Positions 1 through 11,779 of a DNA stretch of 64,000 bases are shown one piece after another. A model generated the notes under the pieces. It was not told where the DNA came from and ran no database searches. It saw only the letters and a list, made by a program, of their open reading frames with translations. The DNA is taken from positions 462,967 through 526,966 of the forward strand of contig NIVC01000952.1 of the NCBI GenBank assembly GCA_002269645.1, read 5' to 3'. Position 1 is the stretch's first letter. Every line of letters starts with the position of its first letter. Source of the stretch: Macrostomum lignano. Lineage: Eukaryota. Made by a program: the position numbers and the translations under genes.

Positions 1-312
1 TGGTGCGAATAGGCGAGGCTCCGGCAGCTGGCCGAGGCCTCTGCGGCGAGGGCCAAAAAGCCCAGCGCGTCCCTGGGCGAGTCCACCCAGCGGCCCATGA
101 AGGGCCGCTTGTGCGGCGGCAGCGTCAGCTCCAGCGGGTAGAGGCGCACCCCGCTGGTCTCTCCGGCCTGGCTCACCTGCACATGGCCAGCCTGCAGGCT
201 GTAAAAGGACAGCTCGATGAAGGGCCAGCAGCCGCGCTGGACCCACCGAAAGCAGACAGACTGGCTCCACACTCTCCAGCTGCCTGCCTGAGTCAGGCGC
301 AGGTCCGCGTGT
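1..312 (-). CDS. LicD/fukutin-related protein, exon 2 (partial, runs off the window start)
   Basis: Acceptor ttttgaccag|. Reading frame G|HADLRL...GCWPFIELSFY...RPFMGRWVDSPRD...CRSLAYSH is phase-compatible with exon 1. Confidence 0.75.
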
Positions 313-361
313 CTGGTCAAAATTTGAGCAGTCTTTAGATTACATTGTGCAGTGTTCAGGT

Positions 362-690
362 CTTCCCCAGTGACTCCACTCCACTCACTCTCCAGTGACT
401 CCACTCACTCTCCAGTGATCCTCCACTCACTCTCCAGTGACTCCACTCACTCTCCAGTGACTCCACTCACTCTCCAGTGAGTCCACTCACTCTCCAGTGA
501 CTCCACTCACTCTCCAGTGACTCCACTCACTCTCCAGTGACTCCACTCACTCTCCAGTGACTCCACTCACTCTCCAGTGACTCCACTTACTCTCCAGTGA
601 CTCCACTCACTCTCCAGTGACTCCACTCACTCTACAGTGACTCCACTCACTCTCCAGTGACTCCACTCGCTCCCCAGTGTCTCTCCCTGT
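362..690. repeat. 20-bp minisatellite in the LicD intron
   Basis: Unit gtgactccactcactctcca, about 15 copies, followed by degenerate tgtcact repeats to about 930. Confidence 0.9.
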
Positions 691-1060
691 GTCTTTTGTC
701 ATCTTGTCACTCCCAAGTGTCGATTGTCACTCCCGAGTATCTTTTGTCACTCCCGGTGTCTCTTGTCACTCCCCAATGACAAGAGAATTCCACTCACTCC
801 CCAATGACTCCACTCACTCCCCAGTCTAACCAATTCCCAGTGACTCTTGTCGCTTTCTAGTGTCTCTCTTGTCACCTATTTCTTGTCTCCATTCACTTCT
901 TGTCACTCGTCAGTGTCTCTTGTCACTTCCCAGTATGTTACATTCCCCAGTCGAGCACGCAATGCGTGTGAAACCAGAGAACACTATCCAGAGTGAGTTC
1001 AATATTTTGACATGCAAAACCGGGCTCCCAGGGCCTTGATCGCAATCCGGAAATTCTTAC

Positions 1061-1509
1061 CCAGCCAGTGCGTCGGCCAGCTTGCCCTGGTCGGCCCCCT
1101 TCATCAGCAGGCTGACGCTGTCGTCCCACGGAACCACACCGTGGTGTCGGTAGGAGCCCAGCAGAGAGTTGCCGTACAGCAGGGCAGGCAGGCCGCGCTG
1201 CTCGCAGAGGTCCAAGAAGGTCCACAGCAGGCGCAGGATGGCCCGCAGCTCAGTTGCGGTGATCTGCGGCCCGAACAAATCGGTGCGGAATGGCGCCCTC
1301 GTGCTGAGCAGCCGGATGTAGAACTCAACGCTTGGCAGCTTCTGCGCTGGCGTTGCATTCAATGCTGCGGCCTTGGGGTACCCGCGACAACTGCCCGGAC
1401 TGCGGAGCCAGAGGAGGCAGATCTTTGCGCTGACTATGCAGAGGGCGGTCAGCAGCACACACCGAGCGATCTTCTTGGGTGTGAAGCGTCGAAGCAAGTA
1501 GGTCAGCAT
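1061..1509 (-). CDS. LicD/fukutin-related type II membrane protein, exon 1
   Basis: N-terminal hydrophobic anchor (CVLLTALCIVSAKICLLWL) and LicD-like motif GNSLLGSYRHHGVVPWDD. Donor gg|gtaag at 1060; intron 313-1060. Confidence 0.8.
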
Positions 1510-1739
1510 TGCAAATCGATCGGGTCCAATCTGCATTCATTTAATAGAATGTGTTTCGAATAGCGTGAGTACTGACGAGTACTATATATTCCCGGTTGGG
1601 AGAGGAATAAAGACCCTGGTGCCCATCTACCATAGACGGGCAAAATTATTTGTTCTTATTATAGTGTATTTATTCTCATCTTGATCGGCTCAATTACCAA
1701 CCGTGATTGATTGACTGACAAAAGCAATACTTACATGTA

Positions 1740-2171
1740 GTATTGGTTTTTGCATGCTAAGTGAGTCATTTTTCAAGCAATCTGAGACTGAATAGCAAAA
1801 ACAATATTGTCTATGGCCACCCCTCGCTGCAGCCCAGCTTTTTGGGATCGCCTTGCAAGCAAAGTGAGAATTTTTAAAAAGCTAAGTGAGAACCATATTG
1901 AAAACAAAGGCTGGGCTATGGCAAATCAACTGCGTCTAACAAGCAACGAGGATAGAGAGCGCCTGGTCAATGCCGTCGAAGATGGTTACTCATTTTCGAT
2001 GGTCCAAATTTTCACCAAGGGATTGAGATACCTGAGCAGTTTGAGGATCTCATTCGTCTGCAAATTTTACCGGCTGGGCTGCAGCGAGGGGTGGCCATAG
2101 ACAATAGTGTTTTTGCTATTCAGTCTCAGATTGCTTGAAAAATGACTCACTTAGCATGCAAAAACCAATAC
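1740..2171. mobile_element. Mutator-like MITE
   Basis: 99-bp near-perfect TIRs (1740-1838 and 2073-2171); 9-bp flanking duplication ttacatgta / ttacacgta. Confidence 0.85.
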
Positions 2172-3390
2172 TTACACGTATGCACAATAATTTGAATAAA
2201 GCGGTTGTATACGTCTCTAACACTGCAACGAGTAAATACTTGGTTATTTTCCTATTGGCTATCGGCGGCCTACTCTCGGCTGCAAAATTTTGCACTGCAG
2301 CAGTGCAGCTTATTCGCTACACTTGAATTTCTTTGAACTAAGCTGGGATCCGGTAAAGAACGCATATTTGACGTATCGCCAGTGCATTCAGGTTCTTTAT
2401 TAGAGAAATCGAAATATCTAACGCTGCTATAATTATTCCTATATGGTTAGAAGTCTGAGGCTACGCTTAATGGTCTCGAGGCGAGCAAAGCAACTGTTCA
2501 AGCATTATGACTGTGATGAATTAAATGGCGCTATCGCGGTATTTGAAAATCGATTGTAGTCTTTTGATGCTCCTGATTAAATGATTTAAATTTCCCAAAA
2601 CGTTGCGACTTCCCAATCAAAATGATTGAATAAGATAACCGTTAAATAAGCAATGATATTTTACATCAGAATATTCATCTACCGCGAACAGTATATGTAT
2701 TTTTAATTTTTTGTACCTATGTCGGTTAATTTGTCATATTCATATGTCATACGCAAGTCGATAATCTAATGGAATATCTGTGACAAGTGTTTAAAAGTTA
2801 CCGACTGTGCAAAAGTGGCTTATGCATCAATAGTTAGTTTGAACTTAATCTAGCTTAGTATTTAGTCGTTATCAAAGTGTTGCACGAAATATATCGGTCT
2901 TAAACACAATAATATCTAGCTATAATTACTTATTAAAATATTTTAAGCAGTAAAGAGTAAACAATAAATATTTTAATCAATTACTTACTAACAAATAACT
3001 TACAAGCTACTAACAATGAATAAAAATATATGGCAAAACAGCAGTTACAGTTGTATGGATATTAAAATATGAGAATATTATTGTTTAACTAGTAGTAACT
3101 GTAACAAAGATTTTGTTGTCGCAAAAATGGCAAATTAAGTGAATAGCTTTAAGTTTGCATGCACGATCCAAGCGTATATCAGATTTAAAAAATGTCTTTG
3201 TTCAGGATAAAAAATATTAAAACTGTTTTCATCGAGTTTTATTGAGTTCACCACGGATTAAATCTATTTTGTATCTTGTCCTTGATCATCCTCAAACTTG
3301 GTGGAGAATTTTTGTGTTTAGAGAATTCTAAAAGCTGGACTCGAGCTGCAACTTAACGTTTGCATCGCCAGTTTCTTTCGACACTGCAGG

Positions 3391-3649
3391 TCAAGAAGTC
3401 AGCGGCGTCGCGAACTTCAGCGCCTTCTCCGACGATGCGGTGGCGGGGACGAAATCGTCTGAACGCGTGAAGGCGTCCACCATGTAGATGCTCCGCGGCG
3501 CGTTCTGCTGGATGTCGTGCTCGGATCCAGACTGCACTGATTTCGATTTGCTCAATGTCAGAGACAGGCGGAGCGCGACCAGCTGGCCGAGCTGGAACAC
3601 CAGCTCCAGGATCTCCAGGGGGTGACGATGGACACTCCAACCCACAGGC
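3391..3649 (-). pseudogene. DEG/ENaC channel remnant, TM2 and C-terminal exon
   Basis: Acceptor gacag|. GLWVGVSIVT-[1-nt frameshift in G5 at 3618-3622]-LEILELVFQL matches ENaC TM2 with the GxS filter. Confidence 0.7.
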
Positions 3650-3679
3650 CTGTCAAGCGATTTTAGAGCTCTTAATGCT

Positions 3680-6600
3680 TTCCTAGTTTCTGTCTTAGTG
3701 TCTGTTCTAGTGTGTCTTTCCTAGTGTCCGTCCTTGTGTCTGTGAGTGTGTCCTTCCTTATGTCTGTTTTAGTGTGTCCGTCCTAGTGTCTGTGAGTGTG
3801 TCTGTCCTAGTGTCCGTTAGTGTTTGTCCTAGTGTCTGTGAGTGTGTCTGTCCTATTGTCCGTTAGTGTGTCTGTCCTATTGTCCGTTAGTGTGTCTGTC
3901 CTAGTGTCCGTTAGTGTGTCTGTCCTAGTGTCCGTTAGTGTGTCTGTCCTAGTGTCGGTTAGTGTTTGTTCTAGTGTCTGTGAGTGTGTCTGTCCTAGTG
4001 TCCGTTAGTGTGTCTGTCCTAGTGTCCGTTAGTGTTTGTCCTAGTGTCTGTGAGTGTGTCTGTCCAAGTGTCCGTTAGTGTGTCTGTCCTAGTGTCCGTT
4101 AGTGTGTCTGTCCTAGTGTCCGTTAGTGTTTCTGTCCTAGTGTCTGTTAGTGTGTCCGTCCTTATGTCTGTTTTAGGTGTCCGTCCTAGTGTCTGTGAGT
4201 GTGTCTGTCCTAGTGTCCGTTAGTGCGTCTGTCCTAGTGTCCGTTAGCGTTTGTCCTAGTGTCCGTTAGTGTTTGTCCTAGTGTCCGTTAGTGTGTCTGT
4301 CCTAGTGTCCGTTAGTGTGTCTGTCCTAGTGTCCGTTAGTGTGTCTGTCCTAGTGTCCGTTAGTGTTTGTGCTAGTGTCTGTGAGTGTGTCTGTCCTATT
4401 GTCCGTTAGTGTGTCTGTCCTATTGTCCGTTAGTGTGTCTGTCCTAGTGTCCGTTAGTGTTTGTCCTAGTGTCTGTGAGTGTGTCTGTCCTATTGTCCGT
4501 TACTGTTTCTGTCCTAGTGTCCGTTAGTGTGTCTGTCCTAGTGTCCGTTAGTGTGTCTGTCCTAGTGTCCGTTAGTGTTTCTGTCCTAGTGTCCGTTAGT
4601 GTGTCTGTCCTAGTGTCCGTTAGTGTTTCTGTCCTAGTGTCCGTTAGTGTGTCTGTCCTAGTGTCCGTTAGTGTTTCTGTCCTAGTGTCCGTTAGTGTGT
4701 CTGTCCTAGTGTCCGTTGGTGTTACTGTCCTAGTGTCCGTTAGTGTGTCTGTCCTAGTGTCCGTTAGTGTTTCTGTCCTAGTGTCCGTTAGTGTTTCTGT
4801 CCTAGTGTCCGTTAGTGTTTCTGTCCTAGTGTCCGTTAGTGTGTCTGTCCTAGTGTCCGTTATTGTGTCTGTCCTAGTGTCCGTTAGTGTTTCTGTCCTA
4901 GTGTCCGTTGGTGTGTCTGTCCTAGTGTCCGTTAGTGTTTCTGTCCTAGTGTCTGTTAGTGTTTCTGTCCTAGTGTCTGTTAGTGTGTCCGTCCTTATGT
5001 CTGTTTTAGATGTCCGTCCTAGTGTCTGTGAGTGTGTCTGTCCTAGTGTCCGTTAGTGCGTCTGTCCTAGTGTCCGTTAGCGTTTGTCCTAGTGTCCGTT
5101 AGTGTTTGTCCTAGTGTCCGTTAGTGTGTCTGTCCTAGTGTCCGTTAGTGTGTCTGTCCTAGTGTCCGTTAGTGTGTCTGTCCTAGTGTCCGTTAGTGTT
5201 TGTGCTAGTGTCTGTGAGTGTGTCTGTCCTATTGTCCGTTAGTGTGTCTGTCCTATTGTCCGTTAGTGTGTCTGTCCTAGTGTCCGTTAGTGTTTGTCCT
5301 AGTGTCTGTGAGTGTGTCTGTCCTATTGTCCGTTACTGTTTCTGTCCTAGTGTCCGTTAGTGTGTCTGTCCTAGTGTCCGTTAGTGTGTCTGTCCTAGTG
5401 TCCGTTAGTGTTTCTGTCCTAGTGTCCGTTAGTGTGTCTGTCCTAGTGTCCGTTAGTGTTTCTGTCCTAGTGTCCGTTAGTGTGTCTGTCCTAGTGTCCG
5501 TTAGTGTTTGTCCTAGTGTCCGTTAGTGTTTCTGTCCTAGTGTCCGTTAGTGTGTCTGTCCTAGTGTCCGTTAGTGTTTCTGTCCTAGTGTCCGTTAGTG
5601 TGTCTGTCCTAGTGTCCGTTAGTGTTTCTGTCCTAGTGTCTGTTAGTGTGTCCGTCCTTATGTCTGTTTTAGGTGTCCGTCCTAGTGTCTGTGAGTGTGT
5701 CTGTCCTAGTGTCCGTTAGTGTTTCTGTCCTAGTGTCCGTTAGCGTTTGTCCTAGTGTCCGTTAGTGTTTGTCCTAGTGTCCGTTAGTGTTTCTGTCCTA
5801 GTGTCCGTTAGTGTGTCTGTCCTAGTGTCCGTTGGTGTTTCTGTCCTAGTGTCCGTTAGTGGGTCTGTCCTAGTGTCCGTTAGTGTTTCTGTCCTAGTGT
5901 CCGTTAGTGTGTCTGTCCTAGTGTCTGTGAGTGTGTCTGTCCTAGTGTCCGTTAGTGCGTCTGTCCTAGTGTCCGTTAGTGTTTCTGTCCTAGTGTCTGT
6001 TAGTGTGTCCGTCCTTATGTCTGTTTTAGGTGTCCGTCCTAGTGTCTGTGAGTGTGTCTGTCCTAGTGTCCGTTAGTGCGTCTGTCCTAGTGTCCGTTAG
6101 CGTTTGTCCTAGTGTCCGTTAGTGTTTGTCCTAGTGTCCGTTAGTGTGTCTGTCCTAGTGTCCGTTAGTGTGTCTGTCCTAGTGTCCGTTAGTGTGTCTG
6201 TCCTAGTGTCCGTTAGTGTTTGTGCTAGTGTCTGTGAGTGTGTCTGTCCTATTGTCCGTTAGTGTGTCTGTCCTATTGTCCGTTAGTGTGTCTGTCCTAG
6301 TGTCCGTTAGTGTTTGTCCTAGTGTCTGTGAGTGTGTCTGTCCTATTGTCCGTTACTGTTTCTGTCCTAGTGTCCGTTAGTGTGTCTGTCCTAGTGTCCG
6401 TTAGTGTGTCTGTCCTAGTGTCCGTTAGTGTTTCTGTCCTAGTGTCCGTTAGTGTGTCTGTCCTAGTGTCCGTTAGTGTTTCTGTCCTAGTGTCCGTTAG
6501 TGTGTCTGTCCTAGTGTCCGTTAGTGTTTCTGTCCTAGTGTCCGTTAGTGTGTCTGTCCTAGTGTCCGTTGGTGTTACTGTCCTAGTGTCCGTTAGTGTG

Positions 6601-6930
6601 TCTGTCCTAGTGTCCGTTAGTGTTTCTGTCCTAGTGTCCGTTAGTGTTTCTGTCCTAGTGTCCGTTAGTGTTTCTGTCCTAGTGTCCGTTAGTGTGTCTG
6701 TCCTAGTGTCCGTTATTGTGTCTGTCCTAGTGTCCGTTAGTGTTTCTGTCCTAGTGTCCGTTGGTGTGTCTGTCCTAGTGTCCGTTAGTGTTTCTGTCCT
6801 AGTGTCTGTTAGTGTTTCTGTCCTAGTGTCTGTTAGTGTGTCTTTCCTAGTGTCCGTCCTTATGTCTGTTTTAGTGTGTCCGTCCTAGTGTCTGTGAGTG
6901 TGTCCGTCCTAGTGTCTGTGAGTGTGTGTG
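3680..6930. repeat. 24-bp satellite array with higher-order structure
   Basis: Unit gtgtgtctgtcctagtgtccgtta over about 3.2 kb; source of the spurious SVSVLV ORFs. Confidence 0.95.
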
Positions 6931-6996
6931 AGTGCGCCACTGAACTGCGGAGCTCGTCGAGTTCTCACCAGGTTTCGCATTGAGCGGTATTAGCCT

Positions 6997-7277
6997 TTAT
7001 CTGCACCATGCCAGGCAGATGGTCACACTGGGAAACTGAAAGTATTCACTATCGTTGGAGAACTCGGTGCTCACTGGGTAGCTGAGGTACCTCTGCACCA
7101 GCTCACTCAGGTGTAGCGAGAACCCGCGCAGGCGCCCAGGATGGCCAGGCCCCAGACGAGGCGCCGCAGCCCGGAGCCCTGCGTCAGGCGCACCAGGCCA
7201 TGCGCCGTGGTCTGCTCGGCAAAGGCGACGAGCGCCTTCTGGTGCAGTTGCGGAGTCGGGCTGTCAGGCGGCTCCAT
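6997..7277 (-). pseudogene. DEG/ENaC channel remnant, N-terminal and TM1 exon
   Basis: MEPP...FAEQTTAHGLVR...RRLVWGLAILGACAG-[1-nt frameshift at about 7124]-FSLHLSELVQRYLSYPVST...FQFPSVTIC shows the HG motif, TM1 and FPxVTxC, then an early stop. Confidence 0.8.
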
Positions 7278-8116
7278 GCGAAGCGAGTTGATCGAACCGC
7301 GTTTCCTTTTGCGAGAGAGCGGCTTGATGGACTGCAGATAATTATCGTCTGAGTTTTTGCATCAGTACAGGTAGCCATTTTATTCTGTTCATCCCTGGGG
7401 GTTGGGGGCAGCGGACCACGGTAATGCTGGGCAATCATCCACGTTTAATTTTTTGATTGGATCGGTAGACGAAATAAACAATTTATCAACCTGGTTGGAA
7501 ATGGGCGACTTGTCTCAGCACTCGCTGTCCGTTGCTTCAGGGTGAGGGCTACCCTCCCGCAACAATTATTATTATTAACAACCTGCCTGAGCTGTAGCTG
7601 TAGACAGCCGTCTGTAGCCAATTGCTGAGCTAAGAAGTTTGACTAATTACTTGTAGGGTTGAAGCGATGAGCAGTCACCGTCTCATACTCGTAAAGCATG
7701 AAGCTGGGGCTTGGCTGAGGCAGGCAAAATTGGGCTCAAATCGACATGCGATGCAGGTTGGGGAGGGTCTGCCAGGAGCGCACCGCTTGACCCCCTACTC
7801 ACTCCACTGCCTGATCCCTTAACTGACTCCACTGAACACCAATTGACTCATCCTGACTCCAGTCAGATGGACTCCACAGCTTCTAACTACCGTGATTTTG
7901 CGGTGAAGCCGTGAGTAGCCGAGTCCCTACTGCAAGAGATGTGCAGCTTTACCAATCAGGCAATCCCAAGCCTCAGGCTCAATCGGCCAGCTGTCTATGG
8001 CCACGACCGCGCAGTCAATGCGGGGTCGGGCAGAGCCGCAGCTGCCCCAAATGCCGCTCAGGCAGACAGCAGGGGAAGCTATAAGATAAGTGCAAGCAGC
8101 TTCACCAGGCCAAGAC

Positions 8117-8384
8117 ATGACCGTGTTCGGAGGCGCGTTCAGCCACCGATTCAAACTGATGGGCTTCAAGCGGCAAAGTCAGGCCAGCTCGGACGCGGCC
8201 GGTGCACCGCCCGAGCCGCTGGCAGCTCCTCATCCGGCCATCAGCCAGGCGGCCAGCCACAGCAACTCGTCTAACTCGACGCTCAGCCAGCAGCAGCAGC
8301 AGCAGGGCCAGCTAAAAGTCAGGCCCAATGCGGGAGCCATCAACGCGGTGCAGAGGCCGCCGAGACAGCAGATCATCATCCCAG
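8117..8384 (+). CDS. AGC-like Ser/Thr kinase, exon 1
   Basis: ATG at 8117; donor ccag|gtgagg; phase 1 matches the acceptor caacccgcag| at 8862. Confidence 0.6.
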
Positions 8385-8862
8385 GTGAGGCCTGCCACAA
8401 CTGCTAGTTGAGGCATTTTACAGTTTGTCCGCATGCCTAGAGCGCGACCCTTCCCTCCCCCCGAGCTGTTCGATAGAACCTGTGAGAGATGCGCAGAATA
8501 AAGCTTTGCCATCACGCAGATTGGATAAAGACCGCAGTTTGCTCATCGCTTGGTTGCTAGCCGTGTTGAAGTCCACAGGCTTAACGGAAATTAGTGGTAC
8601 TTTAGTGACGGTGAAATAATCAAACCTCGGAACCTGCATATAATGCAATGTAATAAGTTAAACAATATATTCACAACCATATTCATAGAATCCTATCGCA
8701 GTTTAGGCAGAAAAAGCAGTCTTACATCGAAAATCAATCCTAATCTTTGGAGCTGAAAATTCGGCGTGTTATGCCGGAATCGCAAGCGCGCGAGAGGCAT
8801 CCTGATCACCAGCCGGTGTAGGAAGTCCTCCACAGGCTTTTCTCCTGCCGTGCAACCCGCAG

Positions 8863-9406
8863 GCGACGCAGAGAACTCCAAGCAGTCGGAAGACGAGGAG
8901 GAGGACAGCAGGCCGGAGCGGGGCGCGGCAGCGGCGCCGGCCGGAGCAGCGGCAGCAGCGGACGCGGCCAAGCAGTCGTCGGTGCAGAAAAGCGGCAACG
9001 ACGTCGAGGATGAAACCGCCGTTGTCGAGTGCCCCACAGGCAAGCACCAGAACAAGAAGGGCGCTGTCTGCTCCTGCATCCTGCTGGAGCAGTTCGCCGA
9101 CAAGCTGGCCACCCCAGTGGTCTCCGAGTGGCACAGTAGCAGCGCGGCTTCAGCAGCGGCAGCGGCGGACCCGGCGAGCAACTCCGCCTTGACGGCGGCG
9201 GTTGCTCTGACCGACTTCAAGCTGTCGCGCAACCGGGTGTTTCAGGGCGGCCAGGGGGTGGTTTACATCGTGCGCCGGGGCGGCAGCGGCGAGGAGCTCG
9301 TGATGAAGTTCAAGGAGCGACGGAAGAAGCAGAGAACAAAATCGTGGAAGCGCGACCTGCGCGAGGTGTTCTTGCTGAAGGACCTGCGCCATCCGTTCAT
9401 CATTGA
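8863..9406 (+). CDS. AGC-like Ser/Thr kinase, exon 2
   Basis: Gly loop QGGQGVV, LVMK, REVFLLKDLRHPFII; donor ga|gtgagt. Confidence 0.85.
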
Positions 9407-9407
9407 G

Positions 9408-9675
9408 TGAGTGCTGAGGGCTGAGGGCTGAGGGCTGAGGGCTGAGGGCTGAGGGCTGAGGGCTGAGTGTTGAGGGCTGAGGGCTGAGGGCTAAGGGCTG
9501 AGTGTTGAGGGCTGAGGGCTGAGGGCTGAGGGCTGAGGGCTGAGGGCTGAAGACTGAGGGCTGAGGGCTGAGTGTTGAGGGCTGAGAGCTGAGGACTGAG
9601 GACTTAGGGCTGAGGGCTGAGGGCTGAGGGCTGAGGGCTGAGGGCTGAGGGCCGAGTGCTGAGGTTTGAGGGTTG
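9408..9675. repeat. 7-bp tandem repeat in kinase intron 2
   Basis: (ctgaggg)n starting at the donor site. Confidence 0.95.
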
Positions 9676-9915
9676 AGAGCAGAGAACTGGGGATTGTGTT
9701 AAAAATGCCATAAAAATTGAAAATATCATTTCTCAGCAACTCAAAAAACTTCCACCCTTCCAAGCGCGAAAAATGCACGGGTTGAAACTCGGACTTTTGT
9801 TACGTATATTTTTGGGTGACACTGAGCGGCATAACAAATGTGTTTGCGTGCCCAGGGCTCAGTGCTCGCAGCTAACTAAGCATCCCTTCCCGCTGCTCCG
9901 CCCCCACCCCGCAAG

Positions 9916-10326
9916 GCTGAAGCACGCCTACCTAACCAGCAACTTCTACTGTCTGGTCATGGACTACGGATCTCGCGGCAGCCTGTGGTCCATGGTGTGC
10001 CGGCACGGCTGCATGCCCAAGCCCATCGCCGCCTATTACGTGGCCTGCATCCTATCGGCTGTGCGCTACGTGCACCGCAATAACTTCATCTTCCGCGACC
10101 TCAAAGCCGAGAACGTCGTGGTGATGTCCGACTACCGGCCGCGCCTCATCGACTTCGGCATGGCCAAGAGCCACAACAAGCCCAGCGTGCGCAACACCAG
10201 CACCAGCTTCTACTTTGCCGCCTACATCGCCCCGGAGGTGTACGCCGACCCCAAGGGCGTCACGGAGAAGGTGGACAGCTGGGGCATCGGCTACTTGGCG
10301 CTGGAGCTCACCGTGGGACTCGGAGT
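9916..10326 (+). CDS. AGC-like Ser/Thr kinase, exon 3
   Basis: FRDLKAEN, DFG, APE, DSWGIG; acceptor gcaag| and donor gt|gtgagt. Confidence 0.9.
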
Positions 10327-10349
10327 GTGAGTCTCATGAGACCGGCCTA

Positions 10350-10712
10350 TTGTGGCTCAGATTGGTCACTTTTTGAGGCTTAGATTGGTCACTCTTTGAG
10401 GCTCAGATTGGTCACTCTTTGAGACTCAGATTGGTCACTCTTTGAGGCTCAGATTGGTCACTCTTTGAGGCTTAAATTGGTCACTCTTACCTCGTAAATG
10501 CTTTGATTGCCACTCTTTGAGGCTCAGATTGGTCACTCTTAGAGACTCAGATTGGTCACCCTCTGACGCTCAGATTAGTCACTCTTTGAGACTCAGATTG
10601 GTCACCCTCTGACGCTCAGATTGGTCACTCTTTGAGGCTTAAATTAGTCACTCTTTGAGGCTTAATTTGATCACTCTTTGGTCCATAGGTTGATCACTCT
10701 TTGAGGCAGAGA
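10350..10712. repeat. 23-bp minisatellite in kinase intron 3
   Basis: Unit gattggtcactctttgaggctca. Confidence 0.9.
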
Positions 10713-10757
10713 TATTGATCACACGCAAGGCTTGTCACTCGGCCGCGCCCCCCGCAG

Positions 10758-11016
10758 TTTCAAGTCGCTGCCGTGGAGCCAGACGAAGCACACGGCGCCG
10801 GATTGGCGCTTCGAGATGCCGCGCCGCTACGCCAGCCGCATCGGCCGGGACGCGTGCCGGTTCGTGGAGAAGGCCCTGGACCGGCGGCCAGAGAAGCGGC
10901 CAACCCTGGACCAGCTGATGGACTTCCAGTTTCTGGAGGACATCGACTTCCGGATACTGCCGTCGCTGAAGCCCAAGGGCATCGAGGCCTACCTGACCAA
11001 GAAGCCCGACAACTGA
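10758..11016 (+). CDS. AGC-like Ser/Thr kinase, exon 4
   Basis: Acceptor cccccgcag|; ALDRRPEKRPTLDQLMDFQFLEDIDF C-lobe end; stop at 11016. Confidence 0.85.
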
Positions 11017-11587
11017 CCCGCAGGACGGACAGACGCTTGACTGACATTCGCGCTTTGAAAGACGAAAAATTATTTTCAAAGGTCATTTGTAGATTTTCTG
11101 CAGCCTGGCTGGGGCCTCCCCGAGTCAGCAGATCCCCATGGAGACGCTTTCTCTCTATTGCCCCTCCCTATTTTTGCTTTGTTTTACCGCCTTTGCCTAA
11201 AAACCTCGAAGCCGCGAATTCTGTCTAGACAGAGCCGGCGCCAGCAACACACGAACAGGTATTTGTTGAGACTGCGGACATTGAGTTTCTCACCTCAGTC
11301 CCTCTGAAACTTCCCAACTCCCATCGTTCGCAAGGCGATCAACTTCTTTGCCAAGCCAGACTTTGAGTTGCACAAATTACATTAACTACAAAAACCCGCT
11401 CTCCAAGGCCGTTCGCCTCATCGCTCAGAGCGGCGCGGGAGCGGGCAGCAGCGCAGATATTCCGGTACCACTTTGCCTACGCAGCACTACATTTGCTTTG
11501 GCAGAACACGCCGCGGCTCTCAGCCCAGATTTATTCTTATTTTACACCACTCTGTCTGTAATAACTGTGTAGCGACCTGATGTATGC

Positions 11588-11593
11588 AATAAA
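11588..11593 (+). terminator. Candidate polyadenylation signal of the kinase gene
   Basis: AATAAA about 570 nt after the stop. Confidence 0.4.
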
Positions 11594-11779
11594 AGTGCAC
11601 CTTTGTCGTTCTCATACCGTTGAGTAAAGCAGAAACAGTTGCGAACCGGTGCATTGAGCTCGGGTAGATGGAGAAGCTGGAAGCTCAGCGAGCTGGGGGG
11701 GACTCAGCTGGCAGTCAGCTGCCAGGGTTTTCAACCGGAAATTGTTAGACTTTCTTGGCTAACTGGAAGCCTGGAAGAT

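Noticed and set aside
3820-6888. SVSVLV-repeat ORFs up to 199 aa
   Set aside because: Translations of a stop-poor 24-bp satellite, starting at non-ATG codons.
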